From a virus, in the IMG/VR virus record IMGVR_UViG_3300027839_000007, positions 1 to 64,000 of that record: 64,000 nucleotides of DNA. One strand, written 5' to 3'. The position numbers were made by a program, and so were the translations under genes. Positions 10,168 to 19,728 of this stretch are shown here, in pieces. Positions within the stretch are counted from its first letter, which is position 1. The number at the start of each line of letters is the position of its first letter. The notes beneath the pieces are model-generated. The model worked only from the letters and a program-made list of their open reading frames with translations, searched no databases and was not told where the DNA came from.

Positions 10168-11553
10168 ATGGGCAGAAAGAAATCTGTTACGCCATCGGAG
10201 ACCCATAAAACGGCAGAAGATGGAATGTTGGCCGCGATGTGCGACTCGCTCAAGGTTGAGCTGGGTGGTGACAGGATTCGCAGCCAGGAGGAAATCGTTA
10301 GACGTCTCGTGGGTCTTCCCATGCCGGGGCTGGCGTTCCGGTACCTGATTCAGCAGGACGTGTTCCCGCTGGGTCGGATTACTACGATTAACGGACTACA
10401 GGAGAGCTGCAAGTCTTCGCTCATGTTCGAGATCATGCGTTGGCACCTCGTTTATGGCGGGCTGGCGATGTTGGTTGAGAACGAGACCAAAGACTCACCT
10501 GACATTCGGGAGGGTCTTTGGGATCACAATAATGACTTTCTCAACAGGAAGTTCCGGGCAGTACAGACTCAGAATGTCGAGGAGTGGCAGCAGGTGCTGA
10601 CCTACTCCATCGATGCTGCGAAGAAGTACTGCAATAAGTCTGGCGGTCCCGGGCGCGCTATTCCCTGTGTTTTCGGTGTTGATTCTCTCAGTGCCAAGGC
10701 ATCACAGGAAGACTTCGTCAAAATCAACAAGGCAGGGCATGCGGAACGCGGGTACTCCAATGTCGCACTGCACACGACGAAGTACTTGCAGGCACTCCCG
10801 ACCTACTTGATTGACTGGCCGTTTACCGTGATCGGTATCCAGCACCTCAAGAAGACGAACGATCCACGTACCGGAGCTGTTATCCGTAACAAGCCGGGTG
10901 GCAAGGCTATTGCCTTCATGGAAACGTTCGAATTCGAAATGGTGCGCGTCCGTGATATCCAGAAGATCGATGAGGGCGGCGTCAACCTTCGGATTCAAAC
11001 GAGGAAGAACTCTTTGGGCCCAGGTCGCATTACGATCGACGTGGTGTTCCGTTGGTGGTGGGAAGATGATCCTGCCACGGGTTTGCGTATCCAGAAGCAT
11101 CTCTTCGACTGGGATGACGCGTCCATGGCGTTGCTGGTGCAGCAAGCCAAGGACAAGAAGACGGTGTGGAAGCGCATCAACGAGGTCGTCGACCTGCACC
11201 CGCAGCTCAGTAAGCGGCGTGTGTGGTCCCGCGAGCTCGGCATCTCGGAAGAGTCACCGGCTTCGTTTGCCGATGCCTACAGGATTATCGAGTATGATCG
11301 TCCGGATATCCTCCTGGAGCTTTATAAGATCCTGGGAATTCGACAACGCCGCGCGTTTAAGTTTGGGCAGGATTACGTGAACATGGTCGATAACCCAGGT
11401 CCAGCAGGTGGGCCACCTGACCCAACCATGTATGGTAAGTCTGTCAATACGTCAGCAGATATTGCTGATACCATTGGTACGCTGCTTCCACCAGAAACTA
11501 CTGAGGAAGCTGCTTTTGATCCCAGCGACGCTGAGGATTTGGCGGATATTTGA
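10168..11553 (+). CDS. RecA/UvsX-like recombinase
   Basis: FPLGRITTINGLQESCKSS P-loop region, VDSLS Walker B, PGGKAIAF RecA signature. Confidence 0.8.
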   Translation: MGRKKSVTPSETHKTAEDGMLAAMCDSLKVELGGDRIRSQEEIVRRLVGLPMPGLAFRYLIQQDVFPLGRITTINGLQESCKSSLMFEIMRWHLVYGGLAMLVENETKDSPDIREGLWDHNNDFLNRKFRAVQTQNVEEWQQVLTYSIDAAKKYCNKSGGPGRAIPCVFGVDSLSAKASQEDFVKINKAGHAERGYSNVALHTTKYLQALPTYLIDWPFTVIGIQHLKKTNDPRTGAVIRNKPGGKAIAFMETFEFEMVRVRDIQKIDEGGVNLRIQTRKNSLGPGRITIDVVFRWWWEDDPATGLRIQKHLFDWDDASMALLVQQAKDKKTVWKRINEVVDLHPQLSKRRVWSRELGISEESPASFADAYRIIEYDRPDILLELYKILGIRQRRAFKFGQDYVNMVDNPGPAGGPPDPTMYGKSVNTSADIADTIGTLLPPETTEEAAFDPSDAEDLADI

Positions 11554-12098
11554 TGGTAGGGTGGGATGATGTAGTCGAGGAGCCTGCAGGCAACTGGACC
11601 AAGCAGTCAATGGAAGACGGCATGGTCAAGAAGGTCATGCAGAAAACCGGATTGATCTACAACCTTGAGAACCTGCGCCAACGTTGCCAGGAGGCGACGG
11701 GGCGCAGGGACCTCAACTTTGAGTGGTTTCATGACGAGTACCCCAGCTTTCCCGTCAGGTTGACAGCCAGAAAAGCCTATTGGTTGCGGGACATGTTGGT
11801 TGAGGACATATACAAATCGTTCACCCGGACCACGGCGTTCCGTGCGTATGAGTCCGCCTGCGAAGAACTAGACGTTGATCCACGATCGGAAGCGTTCGGG
11901 GTTATTTTCAGGTGGCCCGGGATAGCTACCATGGTGCTACACAACTACATGATTGACGAAGAGTTGATCGACATAGGCACATCGTGGACTAGAATTACCC
12001 GTACGATCGGTAACGTCAGTCCGCGGGTTACATACGCGTACGACGAGTTGGATTTTTTGCTTCATGCCATCAGTAACGAGTGGGAGCAGCACGGATAG
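11553..12098 (+). CDS. Hypothetical protein
   Basis: Translationally coupled ORF (TGATG). Confidence 0.6.
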   Translation: MVGWDDVVEEPAGNWTKQSMEDGMVKKVMQKTGLIYNLENLRQRCQEATGRRDLNFEWFHDEYPSFPVRLTARKAYWLRDMLVEDIYKSFTRTTAFRAYESACEELDVDPRSEAFGVIFRWPGIATMVLHNYMIDEELIDIGTSWTRITRTIGNVSPRVTYAYDELDFLLHAISNEWEQHG

Positions 12099-13230
12099 CC
12101 TTAGTCTGTACGTGAAGCCCCGTAAAAAGTCGTTCTCGTGCCCAATCAAACTGGAGCGGGAATTGCGTGAGACGGATGAGGGTACTGTCATTTACCCCCC
12201 ATCCTCTGCTGATGAGCTAATGCTGAAGTCAAACGGGACGACTAGGGTGCACGGTAACCGGTACACCGTTCCGGCGTTCAACTCCGTGGCGCAGGCGGTG
12301 GCACCAGGCTTGTCGCTGCTGGTGCCCAATATTGCCGGTATCAACCGTAGGCCGCGTAGTTCTAGGGAGGCGTTCTCGCAGAAAGAGGCCATCCGTATTT
12401 TCAACGCGATTGTGGACCTACGTTTCGATGATGACCTGTCCTTGTGTCAGATTGTCGTCAATGAACGGGATGGGCACATAGAGGGATTGCTAGGGCCCAA
12501 GACGCAGTATCTTGAAAATCTGACTCTCTTTCAGATGATACAGGACATGCTGGGTGACACTGTCGATACGGAATTTTGTGAAGGCCTGGTAGCTGGCAGG
12601 CACTTGATGCTGCGTTACACGCACACAGAGGAACTAATCACGATAGACGGCGAGGAGCCTGATGCCTTCTATTACGGTTACCATTTTGCGAACAGTGAAT
12701 CTGGCGACGCCAGCGTACGCGCTGCGCCGTTGATCTACCGCGCGCTTGACGGGACTGGTTCTCTGATCCACCTTAAGGAGGCGGGGAGACAGTTTCACAC
12801 GGGTAAGGATTTTGCCGCCAAGCTGTCCCATCTGGTTTCGTCGGTACTGCTGACAGATACCGACAGCGCGCGTCTACGTGCATCCTTGGTAGCCATGTCA
12901 AAGCGCACCCTGGACCTTGATCCCGAGACGCCTGGTGCTTTAAAGAGACAAATGGAATCACTGGCGCAATCCCTGCGATACGATACCAAGGCCGTAACCA
13001 ACGCCATGGCACGAAATATTGTTAAGCACTCTGTGTACGTGGGTAGTTACGGCGCGGAGCCTGACACCGATGTGGAATACCTTACGCACCGTAATAGCGT
13101 CATACGGGAGCGTACCCAGTTTGATGTGTACAACGCTATAACCCGTGAAGCACAACGTTTATCCATCCCGGTGCGGGAGGGAGTTGAGCGCACGGCACAC
13201 GACTATATGGTTCGAACAGGAGTGGAGTAA
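12064..13230 (+). CDS. DUF932-like protein
   Basis: GYHFANSESG..S....IYR and C-terminal FDVYNAIT resemble DUF932 motifs. Confidence 0.5.
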   Translation: MPSVTSGSSTDSLSLYVKPRKKSFSCPIKLERELRETDEGTVIYPPSSADELMLKSNGTTRVHGNRYTVPAFNSVAQAVAPGLSLLVPNIAGINRRPRSSREAFSQKEAIRIFNAIVDLRFDDDLSLCQIVVNERDGHIEGLLGPKTQYLENLTLFQMIQDMLGDTVDTEFCEGLVAGRHLMLRYTHTEELITIDGEEPDAFYYGYHFANSESGDASVRAAPLIYRALDGTGSLIHLKEAGRQFHTGKDFAAKLSHLVSSVLLTDTDSARLRASLVAMSKRTLDLDPETPGALKRQMESLAQSLRYDTKAVTNAMARNIVKHSVYVGSYGAEPDTDVEYLTHRNSVIRERTQFDVYNAITREAQRLSIPVREGVERTAHDYMVRTGVE

Positions 13231-14153
13231 TGGCAAAGAACGAGAACCCACTGGCTAAGTACGAGAAGACGACCGAGGCAGTCGAGCAGCTCAGTGCGGA
13301 GGCCCAGGAGCTGTATCACGCGAAGATTGACGCTATCCGTTCGATGAACGAAGATTTGCGTCAGCAGTACGACGAGATGTTGGATACCGCCGAGGTGCAG
13401 TTCAAGGAAACCCTTGATTTCTACTACGCGCTTGGCAACAAGTTGTCGAGTATTGAGACGTCTAACGAAGAAACGTACGGACCTGCGCCTATCGATAAAT
13501 TGGTGGCTGCTTGGTCAATTGGTGAGAGCCTTATCTACAAGTGCCTGGATTTCGCTCAGCAGTACACACAGTCAGAGTTCGACGCGCTACGAGAAATCGG
13601 CATTTCATGGACGCACACCACCACTCTCCTAGCGATACACGATAAGACCGTACGCGAGGAGTTACAGCAGCGAGTTGGCCAGGAAAACCTTTCAACTCGT
13701 GAGCTGGGTAAGCTGGTCAAAGATATGAATACAGCTAACCAGCGACCGGCAAACTCTCCCGGCCGCGCTTACCAGCAGCCGCGTACTATCGCAGCCGGGC
13801 TAGATCAGATGACAACCGTTTGCGAGAAGTGGGAGAGGCAGAACGCGTCGGTGTGGGCCGGGGAAGATGACTCCGTCCTGGCATCGCTGGAGGCCATGCC
13901 CACAGAGGAATACGGTGATCAAATTGCTGAAAAGCTGGATCAGGTAATTATCACAATGGAAAGACTGGCTGCTTTGGCTACGGCAAACGCCAGTCGAGGC
14001 AACCGTATTCGAGAAACAGTTAACGCGGCTCTTGACCCGCAGGCAGATGATGAGGAAGATAATTCAACAGAGACAACAGAGACAACTGATGAGATGCAGG
14101 AGGCAACAAGCGTAGCGCGGCGCGCACTACGACGAGCCCGTCGAAATCAGTAA
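13230..14153 (+). CDS. Putative DNA-binding protein (DUF1016 N-terminal / ParB-like helical domain)
   Basis: ISWTH...LL...R..L....LSTREL pattern; helical; stop codon lies inside first repeat of array 1. Confidence 0.5.
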   Translation: MAKNENPLAKYEKTTEAVEQLSAEAQELYHAKIDAIRSMNEDLRQQYDEMLDTAEVQFKETLDFYYALGNKLSSIETSNEETYGPAPIDKLVAAWSIGESLIYKCLDFAQQYTQSEFDALREIGISWTHTTTLLAIHDKTVREELQQRVGQENLSTRELGKLVKDMNTANQRPANSPGRAYQQPRTIAAGLDQMTTVCEKWERQNASVWAGEDDSVLASLEAMPTEEYGDQIAEKLDQVIITMERLAALATANASRGNRIRETVNAALDPQADDEEDNSTETTETTDEMQEATSVARRALRRARRNQ

Positions 14154-14260
14154 CCAGTTGATTGGCGGGTACCAAAGATGTTGCGTCTAGCCTTACTTCT
14201 GGTCAGTAACACGCCACAGGTGCGTAACCAAGGTTGTAGCTTGTAACAAGATGACTGTGT
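14146..14260 (+). repeat. TIGR-like dual-repeat array 1 (3 units, 37-bp period)
   Basis: 11-nt repeats at 14146, 14183, 14220 (partial 14257); 10-nt repeats at 14165, 14202, 14239; all spacers 8 nt. Confidence 0.75.
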
Positions 14261-14292
14261 TTATTTCGTGACAAGGATGAGGATATAGTGGC

Positions 14293-14499
14293 ATGGCTTT
14301 TGGCGAGATCACAAAGCTTACTGACCGCGGTTTTGGTTTCATTAAATCAGACCAGGCCAGTAAAGAGATTTTCTTTCACGTATCAGCTTTACAGGGCGTG
14401 AGTTTCGATGACCTGTATGAAGGTCAGCGCGTTTCCTTCAGCGAGGGCCAAGGAGATAAGGGGCCCCGCGCAGAGGATGTGACAGCAATGGCTGAATGA
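14293..14499 (+). CDS. csp: Cold-shock domain protein
   Basis: RNP1 RGFGFI, RNP2 IFFHVS, KGPRAEDV; 68 aa. Confidence 0.92.
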   Translation: MAFGEITKLTDRGFGFIKSDQASKEIFFHVSALQGVSFDDLYEGQRVSFSEGQGDKGPRAEDVTAMAE

Positions 14500-14502
14500 G
14501 CT

Positions 14503-15609
14503 ATGCCAAGCTGCACTGTAGCCGTACTCCTGTACGCTGACGAGTATCACGTTTTGCATCGTCGGTGCTTGGAGTCTATCCGTGACCAACTCCCTGCTGG
14601 TGAGTACGAGCTGCGCGTCGGCATAAACGACGTTTCAGCGGAATCGGTGACGCGGGAGCTTATCCGAGGACTCCAAGTCAAAGGAGTCCTGGAGGAGCGC
14701 AACATATACAGCTCCCCAGATAACATCCGAAAGTATCCCATGATGCGTCGGATGTTTCACGACGCGTCGAACCCCATCACGACCCCATTCGTGATGTGGT
14801 TCGACGATGACTCGTACTTGAAGCCCACGTTCGACTCCCAGAACTGGGCGCAGATCCATGACATGATGGATTCGGCGTCCATGATCGGGTCGACTTATTC
14901 GATTGGGCTTGAAGGCAACCAGAAGCAGTGGATAGAGGATCAGTCCTGGTACACCGGTAAGCCGACGGCTAAGAAGATATCGTTTGTTACCGGTGGTTGG
15001 TGGTGTTTGGCATTGGATGTGATCAACCGTTTCGATTGGCCAGTACAGGCTATCGATCACTGTGGCGGAGATATGATGCTCAGTGCGTTGATGTACCAAC
15101 AGGGCCTCAGCGTGCAACGGTACAGTGCTGACGTAGCAATTAATGCAGACGGCACAGGTCGTGAGAGCCGCGCCCCCCGCAGGGGAGTGGATCAAAAGCG
15201 AATAGGTGTCGACTACGAGCCTGGTGTGACGAAGCAAATTTACGATGCAATTACCACGGGGTACGCCTCATCGGCGGTCCTGGCATCAAATGCATACACA
15301 CCAGAAAAGGCGAGGTTGGAGGAGATCAATGATCTTCTACTGAATCTCGTGAAAAGTATGTCCGATGACTTGAAAACCTTTGGGCAGCTAAGGAAGATGG
15401 CACAGACAGCAAGCAATGAAGCAAAGTCACGAGCTACTCTCTTGGAAGCGTGGGCGCAGGGTGATATGGAGACTCTTGTAAATATAAGCAGAGAGTTTTC
15501 CATTCCGCTTGTGTCCGCTCAAGGCGAGAAAATTGTGACGACATGGATCGAGCAAATAAAGCCTTTGGTCGATGAAGCAGTGGAGATCTGCGAAAACAGC
15601 AAGCAGTGA
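14503..15609 (+). CDS. GT-A (GT2-like) glycosyltransferase with helical C-terminal extension
   Basis: RRCLESI, WFDDD DxD motif, GGWW, GGD. Confidence 0.65.
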   Translation: MPSCTVAVLLYADEYHVLHRRCLESIRDQLPAGEYELRVGINDVSAESVTRELIRGLQVKGVLEERNIYSSPDNIRKYPMMRRMFHDASNPITTPFVMWFDDDSYLKPTFDSQNWAQIHDMMDSASMIGSTYSIGLEGNQKQWIEDQSWYTGKPTAKKISFVTGGWWCLALDVINRFDWPVQAIDHCGGDMMLSALMYQQGLSVQRYSADVAINADGTGRESRAPRRGVDQKRIGVDYEPGVTKQIYDAITTGYASSAVLASNAYTPEKARLEEINDLLLNLVKSMSDDLKTFGQLRKMAQTASNEAKSRATLLEAWAQGDMETLVNISREFSIPLVSAQGEKIVTTWIEQIKPLVDEAVEICENSKQ

Positions 15610-15621
15610 ACGGAGTGAGCA

Positions 15622-15945
15622 ATGCGCATAAGGCAACTTAATCTGTTTGAGCAAACGCACGGCGAGGCGCGAGACGCAGCATTGAATTTACTGGAAGAGA
15701 AGAGAGCAGAATTGATTTCCTGTGCAACGCAGATAGCGCAGGAGATCGCCCAACAGCTGGGTGTGGTGACCAGTCCAGCAGTGCTGGATAGGTTGCAGAA
15801 GGAGCACCCTGAAGCTGTTGCTGGCGTAGATCGCCGGTTCATGGGCGCGGTTTTTCGGCGCAATCGTGGTTGGACCCGAGTGGGATGGGCTGCCCAGGGC
15901 AGCCATGCACGTCCTGTGAGTGTTTGGAAACTTACTGACGAATAA
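15622..15945 (+). CDS. Hypothetical protein
   Basis: GGAG RBS; MGAVF...SHARPVSVW motif. Confidence 0.6.
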   Translation: MRIRQLNLFEQTHGEARDAALNLLEEKRAELISCATQIAQEIAQQLGVVTSPAVLDRLQKEHPEAVAGVDRRFMGAVFRRNRGWTRVGWAAQGSHARPVSVWKLTDE

Positions 15946-16013
15946 TCTGCAGCTGTGCGTAGTGTCAGAGTGACATTGAATTTTTTTTTCAGGCAAACAA
16001 GGAACTTGTTCTT

Positions 16014-16313
16014 ATGGCGACCATTCCTCAACTTTGTGGCACATTGATGCAACAGTGCGTGTGCCTTGACGAGCAACTGAATACCGTTGGTTTTCAACTG
16101 GCAGTTTCTCCGCAGACGACTACAACGGCAACCGGGTCGTCCGGGTCGTCCGGTATCAAGAAGATGGCCCGCAAAACAAAAACGGGCGCGTCGAACCAGG
16201 CCAAGAGTGTTGCTGGCTATTGGTCAGCAATTAAGGCGCATCAATCAGAAACTAGCTGCACCCTGCCCGAAGCCCGGGCGTGGTACAAGACAGTCAGTAG
16301 TTGCACGAACTAA
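16014..16313 (+). CDS. Hypothetical protein
   Basis: 99-aa ORF between AT-rich gap and structured 3' region. Confidence 0.45.
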   Translation: MATIPQLCGTLMQQCVCLDEQLNTVGFQLAVSPQTTTTATGSSGSSGIKKMARKTKTGASNQAKSVAGYWSAIKAHQSETSCTLPEARAWYKTVSSCTN

Positions 16314-16431
16314 CGATCCCGTCCTGAAGGGTGAGCACCTGGCGCCCCGTGACCTGACCTAGGAGGTCACATTTAGGCGTTTAAAATTTAGAGAGTAGTC
16401 ATGTGACACTCTTCGACGGGATTGAAGAGCG

Positions 16432-16470
16432 GGGGCAGGGTCTGTTTCTCAGGCCTTGCCCCTGTTTTAT
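16432..16470 (+). terminator. Putative Rho-independent terminator
   Basis: GGGGCAGGGTCT/AGGCCTTGCCCC stem (G-U pairs) followed by TGTTTTAT. Confidence 0.6.
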
Positions 16471-16475
16471 TGCCC

Positions 16476-17321
16476 ATGCCTGATTTCAAAACATATTCTA
16501 TTAAGCGTGTGATCAAGCTGCGTAACAGGCTTAGAAATGAAACGGCTATACCCTACTACGCATGCACGGTGGAGGGTGACGATTTCAATCAGTTTGTCCG
16601 CGCTTTTCATCGTGCGCTCCCGTCCGGCATTCCGCTGGATACTATGTACGAATCCATGCGTTATTTGGCTGGCGTTGAGTTGTCAGCAGAGCGCATAAAT
16701 GATCTCTCGTGGAGGTTGGCCGGTAACACCGACCGGCTTAAGGAGGGGACACCAGTACGGCCCTGGACTACACAACACAGTGATGAATGGATTCCGCTAC
16801 AAATACTGAGAGCAATTCCGCGTAGGAGCACCGGCGAGCGCTTCGGTTGCATGTTTTGTTTTCAGGTATTGGCCGGTACCTCCTGTCCATTACAGGTGTA
16901 CCGTTTCTGGGGAAATGATGCGTGCTACGCTATTTCGCAGCACATCGGATTCACGCCTCACTGGCGTAGCTATCCGTATACGCACCCGATGCATCTGGTT
17001 GGCATGAGGTTCTACGCGTTGGTGGAGCCCAATATGTGCCGGGAACATCCTGGGTTTTTCCGTGTTGAGAGCTCCCCCTCTTTTGAGGCGCATAACAAAG
17101 CTATCCTCAAGCACCGGGTGAAGCAGCCGCACGCTGCGCACTGTCCTCGTGGATTCGAACACGAGTGCCACAAGTGCATAATTGGTTATACGAGCTGTCC
17201 CGGCGGCACTCACAAAGAGGATTACGTGGAGGGGGTATGCCCTAATTGTGGGCCAGACCAGTGGTTTGATCCTGAGGCTGGTTCTGACTTATGTGTTGCG
17301 TGCGCGCATTCGCACACATAG
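16476..17321 (+). CDS. Hypothetical protein with Cys-rich (Zn-binding) C-terminus
   Basis: CHKC, CPNC, CVAC motifs; ATG after terminator. Confidence 0.6.
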   Translation: MPDFKTYSIKRVIKLRNRLRNETAIPYYACTVEGDDFNQFVRAFHRALPSGIPLDTMYESMRYLAGVELSAERINDLSWRLAGNTDRLKEGTPVRPWTTQHSDEWIPLQILRAIPRRSTGERFGCMFCFQVLAGTSCPLQVYRFWGNDACYAISQHIGFTPHWRSYPYTHPMHLVGMRFYALVEPNMCREHPGFFRVESSPSFEAHNKAILKHRVKQPHAAHCPRGFEHECHKCIIGYTSCPGGTHKEDYVEGVCPNCGPDQWFDPEAGSDLCVACAHSHT

Positions 17322-17358
17322 AATTACTGGTAGGTAAAACCACAGCACGGAGCACACA

Positions 17359-17847
17359 ATGGGCATGCAGATGCGCCCCCAGGGCGGCGACCCCAGGTTC
17401 TACGCGCCAAACCGCGATATTGCGTATTGTTTCACGCATATAGTGCGCGTAGCACTGGCCGCGTTGGATGACGAAGAGAAGCGCCCGCCCTGGATAGCGG
17501 ATTACATGGAGTACACCGGAACCACGCAAGACGACCTTTGCGCAGCAGCCAAGGCGATGGCAGACGGTATTGCACACTTCGTGGATGCTGATAAGCCGCC
17601 TGAGACACCGCATGAGTCGCTTGATCAGTCCGGTTTTCTCGACTCACCACCAGCCGCGCAGCTGATTCTCAGCGCCCGTATTGGGCAGGTGCTCACCGGC
17701 TTGTTTTTTACCGCGGTTCGCGACATTACCCCTGCAGGAAGCAGGTCACCGGTCAGTGATGACATGGCAACGATGGTAGCTGAAGCAGCGAGACTCACAG
17801 ATGACATTGAATCAACAAAAGCTGACAGGGCTGCTGGAAGCAGCTAA
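17359..17847 (+). CDS. Hypothetical protein
   Basis: 162-aa ORF with GGAG RBS. Confidence 0.6.
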   Translation: MGMQMRPQGGDPRFYAPNRDIAYCFTHIVRVALAALDDEEKRPPWIADYMEYTGTTQDDLCAAAKAMADGIAHFVDADKPPETPHESLDQSGFLDSPPAAQLILSARIGQVLTGLFFTAVRDITPAGSRSPVSDDMATMVAEAARLTDDIESTKADRAAGSS

Positions 17848-18706
17848 GCGGGCAGTTGTTCGGAGCAGGCACAGGGCAGAGCTTAGTCCTCAGGAAGAGG
17901 TAATCCGAATGGTGTTAGGTACATGGTTTGCCGATTTCAACGATGCTGTCGGCAATTTCCCAGACAACTACATAGTTTTCGACCTGGAAACCACCGGGAC
18001 TGTCTTCGGTAACAAGGCGCACGTGAAAGGGTACCACGACTTGATCACGCAAATTGGGCATTGCGTTGTCAAGGATCGCAAGCGAGTTGCCAATGACGGG
18101 CTCATACTTAATTGGTACGACCCCCAGTACGAAGACCTACACGAGTACCCGGACGTCATGACCGAAAACTGGCTGTCGGATAGCCTGGATCGGTTGGTGC
18201 AAATTTTCGAAGACAAGGGTCGCACCTATCAGGTTCCCGTCGAGCGTATGCGGGCGGAGGGCGGTGATCCACTGCATGTCCTCGACTTCTACTACAAGCT
18301 GTTCATGGATGCACGAGCTGAGGCTTTCTTCTTCGTTGGGCACAACGCCCACAGTTTCGACGGGAAGTTTCTCAGGTACCATTTCCAGCAGTACCTGAAC
18401 AAGGATTTCAAGTTCGGCGCCAACGAGCTCCTGGATACCGGAATGGTTGAGAAGGCATCGCAGATGCCCGGCAGCAACCTGCCCTGGCCCGGAGACACGA
18501 TCAAGGAATGGTCAGAGCGCATATACAACGTACCCATGCGAGTGAAGTGGAACCTTGATCAGCACTGTGCTGACAAATACAAGCTCATGGAGCGGTTCGA
18601 GCTTGAAGGTGAAGCCCACGATGCTGGGTTCGACTGCCTGTTGACTCATCACCTCTTTGAGACTTATCGAGAAATAGCGGCGGAGGAAGCTGGTAATGGC
18701 GAGTGA
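17801..18706 (+). CDS. DEDDh 3'-5' exonuclease (DnaQ-like)
   Basis: FDLETTG, GHNAHSFD, AHDAGFD. Confidence 0.85.
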   Translation: MTLNQQKLTGLLEAAKRAVVRSRHRAELSPQEEVIRMVLGTWFADFNDAVGNFPDNYIVFDLETTGTVFGNKAHVKGYHDLITQIGHCVVKDRKRVANDGLILNWYDPQYEDLHEYPDVMTENWLSDSLDRLVQIFEDKGRTYQVPVERMRAEGGDPLHVLDFYYKLFMDARAEAFFFVGHNAHSFDGKFLRYHFQQYLNKDFKFGANELLDTGMVEKASQMPGSNLPWPGDTIKEWSERIYNVPMRVKWNLDQHCADKYKLMERFELEGEAHDAGFDCLLTHHLFETYREIAAEEAGNGE

Positions 18707-18914
18707 GCGGCCGGATCCGCAGTACCGTTCGATTCGGCCGCGTCTTCTCAAGATGCTTCCGACCACTAAACGCGTATGTCTCAAGTGTAATAAGGAGTTT
18801 ACATCTCTCGGAAAGATTAATCGTTTGTGCCCTACTTGTAACACTGACAACATCCAGCGGTCAAAGCGTGCTGGCGATGATCCGGTTACTGGGAATCCGT
18901 ACTCTGATAGCTAA
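18696..18914 (+). CDS. Small Zn-finger protein
   Basis: CLKC...CPTC. Confidence 0.55.
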   Translation: MASERPDPQYRSIRPRLLKMLPTTKRVCLKCNKEFTSLGKINRLCPTCNTDNIQRSKRAGDDPVTGNPYSDS

Positions 18915-18929
18915 AAAAAGGAGCCATAC

Positions 18930-19376
18930 ATGACCACTGTACTTGGAGTGGATCCAGGTAAGTCGGGTGCGCTGGCTCTAGTGGGCAGCCTAGGCGCGAT
19001 CGACGTATTCAAGTTGGATAACACGGAGCGAGATATTTGGGATTGCTTGAAGGAATGGCGTGAAAAAATTGACTGCGCCTACATTGAACGCGTATCTGCT
19101 ATGCCTCGACAGGGCGTTTCATCCACCTTTAAGTTTGGTACCAGTTACGGGTTTTTGCGTGGAATGTTGGTAGCGTCGGAGATCCCGTTTGAAGCGGTGA
19201 CACCCGCCAAGTGGCAGCGCACCCTGGGTTGCCTGACAAAGGGCGACAAAAACGTGACCAAGTCAAAAGCGCAGGAACTGTTTCCTAATATCAAGATCAC
19301 GCATGCCGTAGCTGACGCTCTTTTGATAGCCGAATACGGAGTACGGGATTATAAAGATGCAGGTACACAACAGTAA
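18930..19376 (+). CDS. RuvC-like Holliday junction resolvase
   Basis: GVDPGKSGA, IE, FKFG..YG, P..W, ADALLIA. Confidence 0.85.
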   Translation: MTTVLGVDPGKSGALALVGSLGAIDVFKLDNTERDIWDCLKEWREKIDCAYIERVSAMPRQGVSSTFKFGTSYGFLRGMLVASEIPFEAVTPAKWQRTLGCLTKGDKNVTKSKAQELFPNIKITHAVADALLIAEYGVRDYKDAGTQQ

Positions 19377-19629
19377 TTCCAACATAACGTCGGACGGTTT
19401 ACCTCGCTGCGAGACCGTATATGGTTTTGCGGGTGCTGGTTTTCCTGGCCTACTCCACAGGTGCGAGAATTCCGCTACCGCGTGGGAGACGCTCCTGCGC
19501 GAGAAAGTGAGCCCAGAGGCTTGGGCGCATCAATCCGTTAATCGGCGCGTGTGTGATACCTGCCTCGAACGGCATAGTGATGCCAAGAGGCGACGCAAAC
19601 GCGGCGATGAGTTGACGGATGATGAATAA
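19357..19629 (+). CDS. Hypothetical protein
   Basis: 90-aa ORF in tight operon. Confidence 0.45.
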   Translation: MQVHNSNSNITSDGLPRCETVYGFAGAGFPGLLHRCENSATAWETLLREKVSPEAWAHQSVNRRVCDTCLERHSDAKRRRKRGDELTDDE

Positions 19630-19728
19630 ACTGGGGCCCAGCGGATCATATTTGGTAGCGGCAATTGTAGCGCTGGGTATTTTTTCACTGCTGGCCGACT
19701 ACTTCGGCTGGTTAAAGGGAGATGACTG

